From the NCBI GenBank assembly GCA_030390025.1, contig CM059432.1, positions 87,236,001 through 87,300,000 on the forward strand: DNA of 64,000 nucleotides, written 5' to 3'. Below the pieces are notes generated by a model. The model was not told the origin of the DNA and ran no database searches. It worked only from the letters and a program-made list of their open reading frames with translations. The stretch is from Squalus acanthias. Taxonomy: Eukaryota. Positions within the stretch are counted from its first letter, which is position 1. The number at the start of each line of letters is the position of its first letter. Of the stretch, positions 36,065-49,069 are shown piece by piece. The translations under genes and the position numbers were made by a program.

Positions 36065-38279
36065 GGGCTAAAAATTCTAGTGCGACACGAAAGCTGCCGG
36101 TGCCACCGCGGCCGTGGGTTAACAGCCGCCAAAAATGATGGCGCTGGTAGAACTGATAAATGGGAGCTGGGGACCAATGATTATTAGCCCAGCACTAAAC
36201 TCACCATGTCACACCCTCCTGGTGGCGTTCGTCCCAGCATGAGGCCACATTGTGGCGTCCACAAGCAGTGTTGAACAACCTCTGAAAACGAGGCTGTGAT
36301 TTTGCAAAGCATTGTGGGATCTTAAAAATCTTTGGCATTGTCGTTTTCTTAAAAGGGCAATGCCTTCTGAAATGAAAATAAAAATGTAAAAATATGCAGT
36401 TTTCAGCCCTTACAGCTCAACAGCCTTCTGAAAAAAAAAAATTAAAAAGTCCCAAATGGGTGTCTTCAGCTCTTAAAGCTGAACTGCCTTCTGTACCTAA
36501 AAAATGGGAAAAGTGCTTCAGCACGAACAAATGTCTCAGCAAGCCAGGGAAGGGGCACCCAGGGTCTCACACGCAGCACTCCAGCTTTGTTCAGGGGGTC
36601 AACACTGCAAGAGAGGTCCTCTACCCACAGGGGCCAGGAGGCCCTCCAGAAAGAACGATGTGGGACCACATCACCGAGGCCGTCACTGCCAGCAGTGTCA
36701 CCCCCACCACCTGGCTCCAGTGCCCAAAGAAGCTTCATGACTTCAGACGACTGGTCAAGGTCAGTGAATGCATCTTCAAAAGCCGTCTCCTATCAACTGC
36801 ATCACTAGCCTCACACACTTCTCAATGTATAACTCACCCCCCGCCACCCCCACAATCACTCACCTTCCAACAATCTGTACCAATCACGAGACACACCTCA
36901 CATTCCTAGCTTCACCTCCCCCCCCCCCTTGGAGGAGACGGTGATGGCCATTCTTGGCAGGGGCATGGCTGAGCCCTTGGCCAGCGGCGGGGCTGAAAGG
37001 ATACAAGATGTTGGTATCCTCATATCCTATCTTCCTTCTGGCATGCACCTCTTGATTTCCTGCCCTCCCATCACCACAACTCCACCCTTTTGCCTTCCTC
37101 ATTTCACACACCCAAGAAATGCAGCCTGCCCAGCCAGTAGAGGTAGAGGTGGAGGTGAAAGAAGAGGAAGAAGAGGAAACACTGTCACTCGAGTTTACAC
37201 TCCCAGCCACCAGCTCCTCAAGGTCGACCAGCAGGGCCATTTGCAGTGTCCCCCACTGAAAGTCAGCAGCCTTCCACCAGCCATGCTGTAGACACTGGGG
37301 TAGCACTGCAAGACATCAGTAGGATAGACAAAGGCACACACAAGACAGTCACTAAGGGAATGCATAAGGGTGAGGAGTTGATTTCTTGATGTCATATTGG
37401 ATGGATAGATGTATAAAGTTGGATTGGAAAGTTTGCTTTGTGGTGGCTTTTATATCAGCATTGTGGCCAAGAGGTCGTTGTGATGGTCAGTAACAAGAGG
37501 GAAGGTAAGGTGTGGGACAAATGTTGAAAGGGGAATTGGGGTTGTGGTCACTGGTACCGCAGGCGGGTGATTCCATCCCGGATATCCCGACCAGAAAGGG
37601 GCTGTCTGGTCTGCTTCCTCCTCTTCTGTTTCCCTCCTCTTCTGTTTCCCTCCTCCTCCCTCTGCGAGCGGATGCTGTAAATCTGAAATAAAAGCATAAA
37701 ATGCTGGAAGCAGTCAGCAGGTGAGGCAGCATCTCGACCTGAGAAGTGAACTCTGTTTCTCTCTCCTGCTGAGTATTTCCAGCATTTTCTGCCTTCTCAG
37801 GCCTTCCTTTACCATCCGAGGCCTTGCAAGCATCCAGCAGCACTCCCTGCACACTTAAAAAACCTTTTAGCATGTATTGCACCAAGCCAGTACTTCAACA
37901 AAATCAAAAACATCCAGTCCAAAAGATTAAATGCAAACTTACCTGAAAGATGTGTGTCTCCCTTTAAGAAGTGCTGACAGCGCCTCCCTCAGTCTGCTGA
38001 ATGCTGGGTTTTCATGGCGAGTTTAGGACCCAGCGCTGAACTCAGCGCTAAGGTCCAAGCTTACTGAGGTGAAGTTATGTCGGCGTTGCATGCTGACTGA
38101 CATCACCCTCTCTTAATTTACGTTTCCAGGGCCAGCGCTGCTATCGGCAGCACTAAGGCTCTCACCAAAATGCCAGCCGCTGAGTCCCGTGCCACAGAAG
38201 GGCGCTAGAGTGGCGGCCGCCATTTTTAGACCGGATTGCGGCAGTGACTCATGGCGGTACGTGGGCCAATTTCTAGGCC
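36065..38279 (+). mobile_element. Non-autonomous Harbinger derivative carrying a decayed Myb/SANT-like gene, copy 2 (both ends present)
   Basis: TIRs GGGCTAAAAATT / AATTTCTAGGCC with TSD CAT. Myb-like remnant AREVLYPQG..ERTMWDHITEAV...CPKKLHDF. The transposase is almost entirely deleted. Confidence 0.8.
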
Positions 38280-38370
38280 CATATTCCAAGATACCCCTCA
38301 TTCTCATCAGTTTTTTCACTGGATACTTATCCAACTCTCACTTGAAATACTGGTATAAATGGAAGGCTTG

Positions 38371-39263
38371 GGGGTAGAAATTAGGTCGCGCCCCATTTGG
38401 GGCGCAAATATCGTCCGGACGCAAATATTAGCGCCTGGCGCTAATTATTGGCACTGACAGGAAACTTCACTTTTACCGCCCCGGGATGTGAGTGGAGCGC
38501 TAAAGCAGGCGCTGCACACCTCTCTTAAGGCGCAAAGGCCGAGCAGTGAGGCGCTAACTCGGAGCGCTGGCGAAGCTCATGTAATGTCAGTCAGCAATGG
38601 AACACACACACAATGGCACGGGCCAGTTCTTAAAGGGGATGGTTAATCTTGCTTTCCATCCACATCCTGTTCATTGCTGCCTTGAATCTCGGCCTGGAGA
38701 GACTTGCACATCAAATGTGCTGGAAAGAACAATGGAGAGTACCAGGCAAAGAGCTCAGAGTGCAGCTCCCACAGTCTCTGCAGGTTCATTTTGATTTGCC
38801 ATTCCTTGTATCGATTTAGCAAAGTGCTGCTCAGTACTCAAAACTCCTTCACACAACGTTGAATCTCTCCAGAAGTCTCTCCCTCTCTCTCTCAGAATGC
38901 GTAGTTCAAAAATGCCACCAACAATAAAAGACAGGAAGAGGCCCCCTTTAAATAGCGCCCCCCCCAGCCCCACAGCGATTGATAGCGTTCCAGTCTTCCG
39001 GTCGTTGGAAGCGCCAGGCGGTAAGGCAGGGGGCGCCACTCAATTTCCGCTACGGGGCGCCACAAGGGCGTTGCACCATGGAATGACGTCACAATCTGCG
39101 CGCGCAGGTGGTCGCAGCGGTAAGTTTTAGCGCCGCCGCACAATCTCAAGTTAAGTTCTCGAGCGGCGCAAACATCGCTGCGCCCGGGCGTTAGCGGCTT
39201 TGCGCCCCATTAGCGCCCTCTTAAGGCGCTAACGGGAGGCGCAACCAAGTGAATTTTTACCCC
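38371..39263. mobile_element. Harbinger-type MITE with gcgc-rich subterminal repeats
   Basis: TIRs GGGGTAGAAATT / AATTTTTACCCC with TSD TTG. Repeated tagcgcc / ggcgcta motifs near both ends. Confidence 0.75.
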
Positions 39264-40033
39264 TTGGTGTTTGCTTTATAGTGAGAGGCAGGATCAGGTT
39301 AGCATAGAAAAAGAAAGAATGTATTCCAGTCTCCTTTATACTCCAGTTTTCACTATTTGTATCTTTGTCAGTCTCACAAGAAGTTCAGGCATGTATTTTT
39401 TGTGATAACTGTTACAGGGAAAAAAAAATTACACAGCCAGTACTGCCAGCTGGGATCATTTTCAAAACGCTGTCAAATCAGCCCCCTTTATAAAGGTGTT
39501 GACAATAAACATTAAGCAGCTTTCTTATGGGGATCTAGGCGAGACCTGCGGCTAAGCCCATTTCTGCTGCCAAGCAGACCTGTGCGCCAGATTCACCCTG
39601 GTAGGGAGGCCAGGGCCAAGGAGCCACCCAGCACCACCTGCTCTGATATCGGGGGTCATGCTTGGGGCGCACGGAAGTTCCACCCATTCTCACTCTCTGC
39701 GCACATTCTCTGGCAGTGGGATTCTATGTGGAGACCCAGTCTTGCTGACTCCTGCCAGAATACCCATCTCTATCAGGACTTCTGCACCTGTCTTGCCTTT
39801 GGGGCTGAGGATATTCGTGTTTAAAATCAGCACAGCAAGCACCTTCTAAAGTGTCTATTTGAAATGGAGCTCATTTCATTGCAACAAAGCCACCACTTAT
39901 GGAAAAGCGGTGTTGTCTTTAGGCAGCATACATCTGTCTTGTAATCAGTACTTGAAATTCTCAAGAATAAGTAGGCTAAGATAGTTAAAAGTGCTTCAAT
40001 TTCAGTGATATTCATTTCTGAGCTAATTGTCAT

Positions 40034-40035
<2 letters not shown>

Positions 40036-40079
<44 letters not shown>
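40036..40079. repeat. (CA)22 microsatellite
   Basis: Perfect CA run. Confidence 0.95.
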
Positions 40080-40082
<3 letters not shown>

Positions 40083-40832
40083 TTTGCCTTCTTTTGAAGA
40101 GAACTCCCTCCCGCCCCAACCCATACCAGAGGCTTGCACTGATCGGCCGCTGTAAATTTGTTGCAAGATCGGCAGAAACCCCGGATAAACTACGTAAATA
40201 GGGTTTCTGCCAAAATTACGGCAGCCAATCGGGAAAGCCCTGAGAAAATTCTCTGCGCTATAGGTGCTTGTTCTAAGTTTTGGGTCTTCCTTAGATATTC
40301 TCTCGGGTAAATGGGGTGCTCATCACTCTTGTATGTGGTCTAAAGGTCTTACATTCAGGAGTGTGCCTGCATTGCCCAATACCATATTATACAATAGTGT
40401 AACTCAGGGTGGTACAAGAAGACCGGCTTGTGATTTTGAACTGGATTTTGTGGCCCTGAAATTCCACAGGGTTCTCTCAGTCTACTGCGCCTGTAACCTC
40501 GTCGAGAACTGCAGAGAAATGATGCAAATGGCATTTTTAGCCCTTAATGCCATATCACCGGGGGTTCTGCTGGTCTCTTGCTGGAGAATGCTCATGGAAT
40601 TTCCAAACGCATTGCTTTTGCACATGCCCTCATGTTCACTTCTCCAATCTATTCCAAAGCGAGCAGGAAGATTCTTAGTGAGACGAGGCCAGATATGAAT
40701 TGTTAAGTTGCTTTATGCAAAAGACAGCATGTGAACGTACAGAGTAACAGATGGAGTCACAGCTCGCCTTGATTTAACTAACTACAAGACCTTGAAAAAA
40801 AATAAAAATACCACACCATCCCTTTTAGTGGA

Positions 40833-41049
40833 AAAGCAAAATACTGCAGATGCTGGAAAACTGAAATAAAAACAGAAAATGCTGGAAATACTCAGCAGGT
40901 CAGGCAGCATCTGTGGAGAGAGAAACAGAGTTAACGTTTCCGGTCCTTTCAGATTCTGACGAAAGGTCATCGACCTGAAACATTAACTCTGTTTCTCTCT
41001 CCCCAGATGCTGCCTGACCTGCTGAGTATTTCCAGCATTTTCTGTTTTT
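40833..41049 (+). mobile_element. Penelope-like inverted-repeat (pLTR) insertion with a hammerhead-like core
   Basis: Inverted arms of about 75 bp (40866-40940 and 40977-41051, 2 mismatches), perfect 15-bp TSD atcccttttagtgga (40818-40832 and 41050-41064), and central CTGACGA-a-AGGTC-atc-GACCT-GAAAC. Confidence 0.75.
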
Positions 41050-42034
41050 ATCCCTTTTAGTGGACTTGCTTAAGTTTTGCTGGTCAGCCTTCTGCTCCTT
41101 AATGGCTCAGGACTTAAAAGACTTTAGATGGGAGAGTTTCCTCTCGCTAGGCCAGACTTCCTCCCGCGTCATAGCTGTCTGGCTGATTGTCCATAGACAA
41201 TGGGAGGGCTGTCCTTTTGACTCCTTCCTTGATCAGCAATTGGCTGAAGGCCTGTCAATAAAACTGGCTACCTCTTCCACCTCCCTTTAGTGAGTTTAAA
41301 CAAAACATCTCCTGCTATTCTCAACACGATTAAGGGACATCCTGGCTGAATGGACCTGGGATGAGACAAGTGACCTTCATCATTATCAGTTTAAAATAGA
41401 CCAAACTGCGCCATTCCACAAACCAGCTCTTCTGGTTTTAATACACATCATTAACTCCTGCAGCCTGTGGATTCTTTAAAATCGGTGTGAATCCATTTTG
41501 TTTTAACACACAACACGTAAATTTAACTCATTCCCAAACTTCTCCATGGAGGAAAAAAAATGATTAATTTTTTCAAATGTGAGTGGTGCTGGAAGCAATG
41601 AAATGCCCCCAGCTCTCATTTCCAGTCACGGTTGTTTTAAAACTGACATTAACTAGATATAAATGTTCCACACAAATGAAACGACATTATCAACATGGTT
41701 CAAAAAAAAGGAACTGCAACAGTTACAATAATATTGAAAATGGAACAAATCCAGCATCTTGATGACTAGAGCATGCAAAGGTTCACAGGGAGTGCCGTGC
41801 AGGATTAATTAACTTAGCAGTAGTCACATGAATTCTGATCCAATAATGCGCTTCAGTAAGCGACAGTGAAGTCATGACATTTTTAGTCTATCTTAATCCT
41901 TTCACCATCCAGCTATGATTCAGAAAAGACTCTTGGTCGTACATTACTACCTGCAATGGTCATCATTGTGAAGCTCATTAATCATTACCTTCCACAACTT
42001 TTATTTTAAATTTCCTCCCAGAATATCATAAACC

Positions 42035-43277
42035 ATGTTGATAATGTCTTTTCACTATTTAAGAAAGGAGGGAAGAGAGAAAACAGGGAACTACAGACCA
42101 GTTAGCCTGACATCAGTAGTAGGGAAAATGCTAGAATCTATTATTAAGGATGTGGTAACAGGGCACTTAGAAAATAATAATAGGATTGGGCAGAGTCAAT
42201 ACGGATTTATGAAAGGGAAATCGTGTAACTAGCAAAATAGATAAGGGGGAACCAGTGGATGTGGTGTATTTGGATTTTCAGAAGGCATTCGATAAGGTGC
42301 CACACAAGAGGTTATTAAACAAAATTAGGGTTCGTGGGATTGGGGGTAATATACTAGCAGGGATTGAGGATTGGTTAACGGACAGAAAACAGAGAGTAGG
42401 AATAAACGGGTCATTTTCGGGTTGGCAGGCTGTAACAAGTGGGGTACTGCAAGGATCAGTGCTTGGGCCTCAGCTATTCACAATCTACATCAATGATTTG
42501 GATGAGGGGACCAAATGTAATATATCCAAGTTTGCTGATGATACAAAGCTGGGTGGGAATGTAAGTTGTGAGGAGGATGCAAGGAGGCTTCAAGGGGATA
42601 TAGACAAGCTAAGTGAGTGGGCAAGAACATGGCAAATGGAATATAATGTGGAGAAATGTGAAGTTATCCACTTTGGTAGGAAAAATAGAAAAGCAGAGTA
42701 TTTTTTTTTAAATGGTGAGAGACTGGGAAATGCTGGTGTTCAGAGGGACCTGGGTGTCCTTGTACACGAATCACTGAAAGTTAACATGCAGGTACAGCAA
42801 GCAATTAGGAAAGCAAATGGTATGTTGGCCTTTATTACAAGATTTGAGTATAGACTAGGCCTATATTCTCTGGAGTTTAGAAGAATGAGAGGTGATCTCA
42901 TTGAAACATACAAAATTCTTACAGGGCTTGACAGGGTAGATGCAGGGAGGATGTTTCCCCTGGCTGGGGAGTCTAGAACCAGGGGTTACAGTCTCAGAAT
43001 AAGGGGTCGGCCATTTAGGACTGAGATGAGGAGAAATTTCTTCACTCAGAGGGTGGTGAATCTTTGGAATTCTCTACCCAGAGGGCTGTGGAGGCTCAGT
43101 CGTTGAGTATATTCAAGACTGAGATCGATAGATTTTTGAATATTAAGGGAATCAAGTGATATGGGGATAGTGCAGGAAAGTGGAGGAGGTAGAAGATCAG
43201 CCATGATCTTATTGAATGGTGGAGCAGGCTCGAAGGGCCAAATGGCCTAATCCTGCTCCTATTTCTTATGTTCTTAT
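42035..43277 (+). mobile_element. 5'-truncated CR1 LINE with internal deletions
   Basis: ORF VYLDFQKAFDKVPH...SGVLQGSVLGPQLF..ISKFADDTKL...RTEMRRNFFTQRVV. The 3' end is ctcctatttcttatgttcttat. Segments are missing after KGKSC and after ITRFEY. Confidence 0.92.
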
Positions 43278-43503
43278 CAAGGTTGTGAAAGGCTATTGAT
43301 TGAGTCAGAAAAATAAATAAAGAGCAGTCTGAGCACACTGAGTATATTTCCCTCCATTTACTAACTTTAGAAACTCCTGGGATCTGCTCTGTGGGTGCAA
43401 GAGCAGTGAAGCAGAACCCTGGGCCACCCTCGCTCAAAGCCGCAGATCCCATCCCAAATCCTGGTGAATGGCCAAAACCGTCTTCGATCTCAGCAGAATC
43501 ATT

Positions 43504-44570
43504 GACCTAGAAATTCAGCTCCGTAGCGCCCGATTTTTCGGTGCTATGGGAGCCGTTTGAGTCCAAAATGGAGTCTGAGGAGCGCGCGCACACTTCTGGT
43601 GCGGATGGCATTTTGGTGCGGTCGTTCGCCTTGCTACAGGGAGCGTGCGCCGGAAGTATGCAGATTGTGACGTCAATCAGCTGCTATTTTCGACCTCAAC
43701 ACTGGAGCCAACCTCGCACAGCTGAACATGTATTCAGTAGCAGGAAGGAACCCCTACCAGCGCTATTTAAATGGATCATCAACTACCTACAGGTTAGTTG
43801 CTGATTGATTTCTATTAGCTGCTGCTGAGTTTGTAGAAGTGTTTGGTGGTTTCTGCAGTTATTTGAAGTTGCCTGAAGTCTACAGGGCGTGGTGTGGCAC
43901 ATGTTCAAGGACTTGGTACAGACTTGCAAGGCTTCTGTTCAAACCAGTTGCTCTCAGACATGGGTGCAGTAGTTTGTATGCCCCTTGGCCTGCACCATGA
44001 CAGGGAGAATGAGCACAGGCGACACAGAGCAGGACAAGTTGCATGAAGAGGGGGGGGGGAGGATGAGGGAGGGGAGGAAGAGGAAGGGAGTCGGCAACCA
44101 ACACAGCCCCTTTCTGCCTGGGCTGTCAGTGGTCGACTGTCTGGAGGGCCTCCTGGCCCCCTGGGGATACAGGACCTCTCTCTCCTCCTGTCCACCTCCT
44201 GCACTATGTCCTCCAGTACTGCGCCAGTGAACCTTGGCGGAACCTGGCATGTTGCGCCATTCCTGTGTTTCACTTCTGGAATTACTTCCAGCACCTGCTC
44301 TCGTCAAACTGCACCTCCCCTTTAAGAGGTGCAGGCTGGTTTTAAGAAGTGCAGGCTAACTTTAATTAGTGTTAGCCTCGCATGAACTTGGGCACCCTGC
44401 TGAGCGTGCAGCCATTCAGCACTGCGTTCAGAGCTGGGCTGCACGCCACAATCATTCTAGTTAGCAGGCATCAAAGATTGTGTGCTGCCTGGATTCCTTT
44501 GAACGGGCGCAGGTTGATCCCACATCGCGATCCCCACACCCGTTTTTTGGTACAATCGAATTTTTAGCCC
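43504..44570 (-). mobile_element. Internally deleted Harbinger derivative related to 52621-56031 (inverted)
   Basis: Both subterminal regions align with the ends of 52621-56031. Retains the Myb start (PRFTGAVLEDIVQEVDRRRE..LYPQGARRPS). TIRs gacctagaaatt / aatttttagccc. Confidence 0.75.
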
Positions 44571-47500
44571 TTTGTCCCTACAGGATCCCTCTGTGATTGA
44601 TTACAGTACAGTACAGGTTTGGGGGATTTCTAAAGGCCTCAACAGGACTCACGCCAACTGTCAGCTGGTGAGAATTCTGCTGATGCCTACCAAGGGTGTA
44701 ATGGGGAAAATTCTCAAGGGCAATTAGGGATGGGCAATAAATGCTGGCCTTGCGAGCGACGCCCACATCCCAGGAACGAATCGGCTAGTCCGGGAGCACC
44801 TCCAGAGCCGAACCCTTGATGGAGTGAGCTGCGGAGAATCGCCAATGGCCCCTTCATCAGAACTTAAAGGGTCACTGCGAACGAGGCAGAATCCCAGTGG
44901 AACGGAGTACTTCCCCAAATTCCCGGCCTCTCCCAAGTGAATATTTTGCTTTCTGCCCTCTATAGCACAGGAATTTCAGGTCAGAGAATCTATTTCACCA
45001 ACATTAATGGAGAAAAACCCCACTGGAGGTAAATGCTGTGCAAAGTGGTCAAGTCTAAATAAATAAGTTTGTGACAATGAAATGGCAAAGGAAACCTTTC
45101 AGCACTGTAGCGATACTACAGTGAATTACATTTATACGGTTCCAACAGAAATATTAGAATGGGTGTGTGGTTCTATTCATTACTGGTTTGAGTAGGTTAG
45201 TCCTAAAGTGTACAGAAAGTCATTACAGGTGTTAACAGAATTGTGCCTTATAAAAACGAGGGCAGCCTATAAAATACTTGGATGGCTAGACCACAACAAA
45301 AGGTTAATCATTGCAAATTGTATTCATTATTTTTATATCCTTTCTGTTGGAAATGCACAAAATTGGTGATATTTATCATTCACGGGTACACTAACTGAAA
45401 AATAAAAATAAACACAAATATACAGATAGCAAAGCTATGAAACTTTCAAACAGGTAAGTTCTTAACCCTATGAAGGTTTAAATTATATTGTTAGGCACAC
45501 TTTATAAAACATGTATATTCGGAGTCAAGAGGGTTCTCATTATAAATTGATCAAACCCATACACACTAATTCCTTATTTCATGCACGAATGCAAATGAAC
45601 TATTTCTATTAATGTGTGCTTTGCAGGAATTAACCAAGCAACTGAATTTCAGAGCAATATTTACCTCTATCTAAGAATAAACAAGAATAAAGTGTATGAG
45701 TTAATGTTTCTACTCCAAAAATGCCAAATTTACACCAATGATCTATCAACATAAGGAGTTTGGAAGAAAATAATTTTTTAAAAAAAACTGAACTTAGTTA
45801 GCAGCATTGCTCATTGATATACAAATTGGACATTGCAATAAGATTTGAATTTTTAATGTTCAAATGTGTGCTAATATGTTCAAACACAGTCATGCAACAA
45901 GTTTCAGAATGGGATTGAGATCAGTTTGAAATGAATAAATTGAGAACATCACTGGTTCAGCTGTAGATTTTGTCTTTTACGAATGTTTGAGAGAGACCGT
46001 ACACTAACGCACGAGACCTGCAGACTACAACATAGTGAAGCAAGCTAAAAGAAAACGGTGTCTTTAAGAGTAACAGGGACTGCAAACCTTCACCGTTTTG
46101 GACACTACACATAGAAAGTTAAGCCCTTGTAGAGTAATTCTGAGGCGCATGTTATGGGGCTTGAGTACTACCGACTGATTTGGCTTGAAGAGTCAAATGT
46201 AAAATGCACTGTAGCAGTTGAATTTTCATTGAATCAGCAGTCTAGCTGGTGATAAACATAATCTGTATAAAACTCTGAGCAGATGACAGCGCAGTAGTGA
46301 TGGGCTTCTATATCAGCTGTTAGTAGACTATATTCCTGTCAACTGCTGATAAGCCAACTCGTGCATTGCCTTATTTAGTAAGAGTTCTCTGCTGACACAC
46401 CAGAACAACATGTGTATTCTCCTCATCTGTAGGGGTTTTCATTCTTGCTAACCCAACTATTTTTATAAAATGCTACAAATAATCTAGATTTTATGCCAGT
46501 GAAGACTTGGCTACAAGTGACGTTAAAAAAAAGGTGAAAGATAAATCCTTTCAGTGAAACTTAAACATACAACTGAAAGGAATCCATAGACGCTGTAATG
46601 CTTTGCATAGGAGAGCTGTGACAATAATTTCTTTAGAAGATCCAACTTCTATCCAGTTTATAAAGAAACCAGGCTTAAGAAAGCAGAATCGCCTTAGTCT
46701 GGTGGATTCATACACTGAATATTAATCCTTTAGTACTGAATGCCATTTGCCACTTTGAAAGCACGTGTGCAGCGTCTGGCAGTGGCACTTTCTGCGATAT
46801 CTCTTTTTAACATTACATATTTCGGGTGTCATGTGCTCACCAAGGCAAGGGATTACAATTGGTGGAGAATGGCATAATTTTCTTCTTTATATCTCATATC
46901 CTCCCAATTGAACTTTGAACAAAAAAATCAAGCCTTTGTTCTCTGCAGTTTTTACAAAAATTATGCAGTCATAGGCTTCAAGTGAACACACAGGGTTTTG
47001 ACAGATTAAAACACAGACACACTATAATAATTCTGCTTCTTAAAACCAACTGAATCCTTTTAAAATGCAGGGCACTGATGAGCATCTATATTCTCTGGTA
47101 GAACATTACCAACATTGTAAATATTAAACATTTGTTAATTGTACTGCAAAAGTAAAGTTCACCTTCAACAGTCCAGAGTAAACATTTAATAGGACTACAT
47201 TGGTAAGTTATACAAGGAAACGTTTTTGAAACACTGATGATGGCATAATTGTTGTAAACATTGTACGTCTACTCGAAATAACTGAAGTTACTGGGATCAT
47301 GTGCATTCTAGGACTGCCTTGCCAAATCCTTTGGTCCCAACTTAATTGCCACCTTCTGGGGAAAGGCACCTGGAAAGCTTAGATATCTAGCAATAGGTTT
47401 CAATACAGATGAGATTGTATCCACAAAGGGGCTAATGTAGAAATCTAAACTAACTAAACGGCAGATTGTCTGCACAAGGAGCTTCAGCAATGTTAGAATC

Positions 47501-47802
47501 TTGTGACAGATGGACCGAACAGCATTTGGAAGTGCAATTTTGTGCCAAAATAACTTGAAGTTACTGTATGTCTCCAGTCCCAGCACCTGCTCACTTTAAT
47601 CCAATGGGTTTTATCAATACGCAAGTGAATGTGTTCCGATTGTTCACAGGTTACAAACATAAACACAGTTACTAAACCCCAATACCAAGAATATGGAACT
47701 TAACTTTCACTTTCCTTCCAAATATACTGATGGAGATTGACAAGAAACTCCAAAGTAAAATCCATTTCAACCTTGTACTTGACAAAATGGCAACTTTATG
47801 CA

Positions 47803-48171
47803 GTGCCTAGAAATTGGATCGCACCTGACTCAGGCCGGTGGCCAGCAGAAGCCCACAGATTTAATGTGGAACCAAGCAGAGTATTCCTGCTCCTCTTGGC
47901 TCCACAATAAGGTAAATAGAAAAGTTAAAATTTGCCTGTTCAGTGGCAGCCTCCAGTGGTCCCTTTAGGATTGTCCCAAGTTTTGCCAGAAGTAGTAGCA
48001 AGGTGCATGTTGCAATGGGTCTAATGCATGTTTCAGGTACACACCCTGGAGTCTTCACTAATATGGCGAACGATGAACTTCCAACGCAAAATGACTGCCC
48101 GCCATATTGGACCCTTAGGCACCCATTTTACATTTATAAAATGGGTGTGGTGTGATCCAATTTCTAGACCT
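47803..48171. mobile_element. MITE with TIRs of about 20 bp
   Basis: ctagaaattggatcgcacc / ggtgtgatccaatttctag. Confidence 0.7.
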
Positions 48172-48589
48172 TGATGTTTTATTGAATGATAATGTCTCAG
48201 TTCTTGATAGCTGTTTGAAAACAGCTCATGTGATTAGTTATTGGGGCTCACCAGCACACCGCTTACAGCCCATCCATTTTAATATGTGGAAGTTGCAGGC
48301 TGGCAAGCGCAGAAGCAGAAAATCTCAGGCAGGACCTCCAATCCATATGCTACCCCCTTGACAGCATCAACTGTGAGCAAGGAGTCTGCTTCCCCATGTA
48401 TACAATGGCATCATCTCTCAATCTCTGGCACTACCTACTCTAGGGGGAGCTGTACTATTCAAATGCCGAACAATTATCAGCTGTGATAAATTTCCTACAG
48501 CTCAATGTCAGCAAAAGCCAGCTGTGTCTCTGGCTGTAACTCCCTGGTGACAAAATGGAATGGCCCGGAGTTGAGTTTTGTACCTCACA

Positions 48590-49066
48590 AAAAAGAAAAA
48601 AACTTGCATTTATACAGCGCCTTTCACAACCTCAGGACGTCCCAAAGCACTTCACAGCCAATGGAGTACTTTTTGAAGTGTAGTCACTATTGGAATGTAC
48701 AAAACGCGAAAGCCAATTTGCAGTACAGCAAGCTCCCACAAACAGCAATATGATCATCACCAGATAACCTGTTTTTTTTTTTTAATGACGTTTGGTTGAG
48801 GGATAAATATTGGCCAGGACACTGGAGGAAGTCCACTGCTCTTCTTCGAATAGTGTCATGGGATTGTTTACATCCACCTGAGGGCAGACGGGGGTCTCGC
48901 TTTAATGTCTCATCCGAAAGAGGGAACCTCCGACAGTGCAGCACTCCCTCAGTACTGCACTGGAGTGTCAGCCGAGAACATGTGCTCAAGTCTCTGGAGT
49001 GGGGCTTGAACCCACAACCTCTGACTCAGAGGCAAGAGTGCTACCAACTGAGCCATGGCTGACACC
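48590..49066 (-). mobile_element. Near full-length tRNA-headed Deu-domain SINE
   Basis: Minus strand gtcagccatggctcagttggtagcactc...gggttcaagcccc (A and B boxes), then the Deu core and the tail aggcgctgtataaatgcaagttttt. Confidence 0.8.
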
Positions 49067-49069
49067 AGG

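Noticed and set aside
48990..49066. tRNA gene
   Set aside because: The A and B boxes are the head of a SINE that continues into the Deu domain and tail.
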